Shown here one piece after another: positions 61,321 through 64,000 of a stretch of DNA of 64,000 bases. Each line of letters opens with the position of its first letter. The stretch's first letter is position 1. The notes below the pieces were generated by a model. The model was not told the origin of the DNA. It did not search any database and saw only the letters and a program-made list of their open reading frames with translations. Where the stretch lies: the NCBI RefSeq assembly GCF_001194135.2, contig NC_068994.1, positions 4,149,519 through 4,213,518 on the forward strand, read 5' to 3'. The position numbers and the translations under genes were made by a program. This DNA comes from Octopus bimaculoides. Taxonomy: Eukaryota.

Positions 61321-64000
61321 CTAATTAGTTGCTTCTTCTGCAGGAAGGACCCTCCCCTCCCCCTGTTGCCATGACACTCAACCAGTAAAGGAGGTGGAGT
61401 AGGTGAGTGTGGGTGGGTAGGTGGGTGGTGCCTGGACTGTGTGTGTGTGTGTGTCTTGAAAACACTAATTAATTAATAAGTTAGCTAATTAGCTAATCAA
61501 TGTCTCCATTAACCACAGAGCTTGGAGTAGGTGATGTTGGGTGGATGGGGGTCCATGTGTTGAGAGGCATCTATGATTTACATAGTGTTAAATGAATCGA
61601 AAGAAAGGAAAACCAACAGAGTTCTTGTCTCCGGGATAGGCTGCAAATCATTAGTTAACTTTACTCTCCAAAACACACTTTGATTTTTTTTTTTTTAACT
61701 TTAATATTTTCACCTAAGGTTTTGTATTTTTTAATTTCATTTTTATGATGCTTGAAGGAAGACCATTGATAGCCATGGCGTCAAACTAACAGAACTGTTA
61801 CAGCGTCAGTTAAAATGTATTTATTTTGGTCTTCAATGTTCTGAGTTCATGCTTCCCAACCACTGGGTTCTGGGTTCAATCCCATTGCGTGGCACCTTGG
61901 ACAAATGTCATCATTTATAGCCTCATGCTGACCAAAACCTTGTGAGTGGATTTAGTCGATAGAAACTGAAAGAAACCCATCGTATCTGTGTGTTCCACTA
62001 CTGTTTGACAATCAATGTTGTGCTTATGTCCCTGTAACTTAGCAGTTCGGCACAGGGGACCAATGGAATGAGTATCAGGCTGTAAAACAAACAAAATATA
62101 AATAAAATACTGAGGTGGATTCATTTGACTAAAACTTTGTCATCATTCTGCGAGCTGGCAGAGTCGTTAGCACGCTGGGCAAAAAGACCATTTTGTCTGT
62201 CTTCATGTTCTGAGTTCAAATTCCACCAAGGTCCACTTTACTTTTTATCCTTTCAGTATGGCCACAGTCTAATGACTGATACAAGTGAATGATAACACAC
62301 ACACACACACACACTCTCTGCCATACACATTCGATGTTATTTGTTTCCAGTCTTCCAATGGTAAAAAATTTTTAAAAAATGCTTGTCTTGCTTAGAAACT
62401 GATGGGGATTGGCAGGAGGAAGGGCATCTGGACATTGGAAATTTGCCTCCTTAAATTCCATAGTGTGGTGTGATTTAGTAGACTGCCATTTCTAGCAGGT
62501 CATGCAACCATATAGTGGCTCCGTTCGGTTTGGGTGAGCACAACTAGGGTTTCTGACCCTGGGGAAGGGAAACAATTAAGACTGGGTCTGTTTGAAGAAC
62601 TGCATCTCCTTCTTAACCCCAGCTGGGAGTATATTTATGGAGGAGCTGGGGTGGAGTGATTTGGGGTCAAAGGTCACTGCATTTATTTGGATGTCAGCTT
62701 GAAGGTCACTGCAGTCATTAAATTTTGGAGGTCAGGTCAGTTGAAGTAATTATTTTTATGTTAAGAGTAGGGTGGAGCTGTTGTTGTTTAACCCTAGGTC
62801 GTCCCTGATCAAACAGACCCCTAATCAAATACATATTCAGCCCGTTGTTTATCTAGGACTACATTATAGAATATGTTCTTGATTGACAGTTTGCGTTTTG
62901 CAGTAATGATTATTATTACTATGTAAGGAGTTTATTATTCCCTGTGTGAACCCTTTGTGGATAAAGAAATCATCATCATCGTCATCATTCTGCAAGCTGG
63001 CAGAATCGTTAGCACCCCGGGCAAAAACAACATTTTGTCTGTCTTTACGTTCTGAGTTCAAATTCCACCGACATCCACTTTACCTTTTCATCCTTTCAGG
63101 GTCAATAAAATAGCTGTTGTGTACTGGGGGTTCGATGTAACTGACTTGGCCCCTCTCCTGAAATTACTGCTCTTCATTAGGTTCCCTGTCCTCGACGTAG
63201 CTATCGCACCAGACACATCTCCACTGGGTTACCTGTTCTAAATGTATTTGATACCCAAGTCCATCTCTAGTAGGTCACAGTCTTAGACATGGCTAATCTA
63301 TGAAACCATCTCCAGTGGTTGACCTTGCCCTAGATAATATGGCTGATCATCTCCAGTAGTATTTAATTGCAATGAAGTTATATGACATTAGCTTTCACAT
63401 TCATATGAAAAGAAAACAGGTTCTGTAAAAAACTGTTGGTCATCCGTAAGAACGAAATATGTTACAGTGAAGTTTGGATAAGTTCCTATGCTACCGGAGA
63501 CATTTTTGACTGAAATCTTTTTGTATTCTTAAACACCAGATTTCTTCTCCATCACGCTTAACAGTATTTCGTCAGTCAAATTCTGCTGAGATCAATTTTG
63601 CCTTTTATCCTTTTGGGGATTGATAAACTAAGTACCAGTTGCATACTGGAGTCGATTTAATTGACTGGGCAGAGTAGAAAAGAATATTGGTGACTGATTT
63701 CTTGGCATTTTTTTCCCTTTTTATCACAATAATTGCAAGCTCTTGATCGATATTAAAAAAATTGAAATTTAAAAAAAAAATTTTCGGATTTAAAATATGA
63801 TTTTTATAATTTTTAACTCTAAACTTAGTATTTAGGAAAAATTTCAACAAAGTTCTAAAAAACTTTTTCTTTTTTTTTTTTCTTTAAATCTGCGATTTCC
63901 ATTGTTGGGTACAGGAATCTGGGAGAAAAAAATTGGGACAAAATATTCATGTATGCCAGCTCTGGAGATTATCTGATGATGTCAGTATTTCCATTTTCAC

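Noticed and set aside
1-64000. ORF-track entries rich in VC/YI/HT/LS/X, poly-His or poly-Val
   Set aside because: They are translations of di-, tri- and tetranucleotide microsatellites or of N gaps, often open on both strands, with no domain content.
1-64000. CRISPR arrays, rRNA or prokaryotic operons
   Set aside because: No regularly spaced repeat-spacer arrays or rRNA-like sequence; the DNA is clearly eukaryotic and repeat-rich.

Overview
Non-coding, repeat-saturated eukaryotic DNA from a gapped draft assembly: 19 N-gaps totalling roughly 6.5 kb, most flanked by (AT)n, (GT)n or other simple repeats. The dense microsatellites and the mollusc-type tRNA-SINE families point to an octopus genome (inference). 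No intact protein-coding gene could be recognised, and nearly all listed ORFs are microsatellite or N-gap artefacts. The window looks like a long intron or intergenic region. It contains at least five SINE-like families and fossils of a hAT (Charlie/Buster-type) transposase, a Helitron Rep domain, an L2/CR1-type LINE 3' end and probable Penelope-like elements. There are also several MITEs, two of them with GGTA-starting termini and perfect 8-bp TSDs; one of those carries head-to-head TTAGGG repeats. The most notable signal is a set of minimal type-I hammerhead ribozyme motifs in different repeat families. One lies inside a tRNA-headed, Pol III-type SINE. Another has a sibling copy whose 5' end falls at the predicted self-cleavage site. 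A few isolated splice-site-flanked segments may be small exons of an unidentified long gene, but they cannot be confirmed from sequence alone.
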